A DNA stretch of 64,000 nucleotides from Candidatus Rokuibacteriota bacterium. Lineage in GTDB: Bacteria > Methylomirabilota > Methylomirabilia > Rokubacteriales > CSP1-6. Of this stretch, positions 63,788-64,000 are shown in pieces. The stretch covers positions 1,145 through 65,144 of the forward strand of contig JACPDG010000066.1 of assembly GCA_016184125.1 (NCBI GenBank), written 5' to 3'. The position numbers and the translations under genes are program-made. Numbering within the stretch: the first letter of the stretch is position 1; every line of letters begins with the position of its first letter. The notes beneath the pieces were generated by a model. It saw nothing but the letters and a program-made list of their open reading frames with translations. It made no database searches and had not been told where the DNA came from.

Positions 63788-64000
63788 TTACGACGCTACC
63801 ACCTGGCCCGCCGCGACAATGACGTACTTGACGACGAACCCGCCGACCAGCACGAGCACCGAAACGAGCGCGACCATGCCTGCCTCGGCCTTTTTGATCA
63901 CCCCCCCGAACTGAAGGGCTAGTGGTGCGGCGAGCCCGACCGAAACGAGCGCGACCATGCCTGCCTCGGCCTTTTTGATCACCCCCCCGAACTGAAGGGC
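63788..64000 (-). CDS. 3' end of a second NrfD-family membrane protein (partial)
   Basis: GLAAPLAL...VSVLVLVGGFVVKYVIV.AGQ resembles the C-terminus of 57141..57965. Confidence 0.7.
   Translation of the reverse strand, partial: ALQFGGVIKKAEAGMVALVSVGLAAPLALQFGGVIKKAEAGMVALVSVLVLVGGFVVKYVIVAAGQVVAS

Overview
A ~70% GC bacterial chromosome segment. Gene content and style suggest Candidatus Rokubacteria/Methylomirabilota (inference only). It is mostly minus-strand housekeeping and respiratory operons: chdC-moaA-radical SAM-rtcB-lgt; galT-gpsA-plsY-pgsA-comB-argG/F/D/B-hslUV-xerC-topA-dprA-cpoB-moeA; a six-subunit alternative complex III (actA-F); a ccsA-hemACDB-rrf2-cysK-thiS-JAMM-hemL cluster; and a selenocysteine formate dehydrogenase operon (in-frame TGA plus SECIS). 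A decayed accessory zone (about 8.3-21.5 kb) surrounds tRNA-Leu, tRNA-Cys and tRNA-Gly. It holds an aconitase, CapA, PhoD, many pseudogenes and a cobalamin riboswitch ahead of a tiny zinc-ribbon ORF. The most striking unexplained signal is a family of about 15 dispersed 75-135 bp two-hairpin repeats (TCATGGGGGG-loop-GCCCCCC...TCGTTCAC). They sit right behind stop codons (TGA-NNTC-ATG four times) and, inside operons, form stop-free bridging ORFs that end on the next gene's GTGA start or fuse to it. A second 18-21 bp hairpin is nested in these repeats and is also inserted in frame in argD and topA. Other unexplained signals are a five-box palindromic operator-like array at 448-565 and several apparently leaderless promoters. 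All calls come from reading the sequence; no searches were run.
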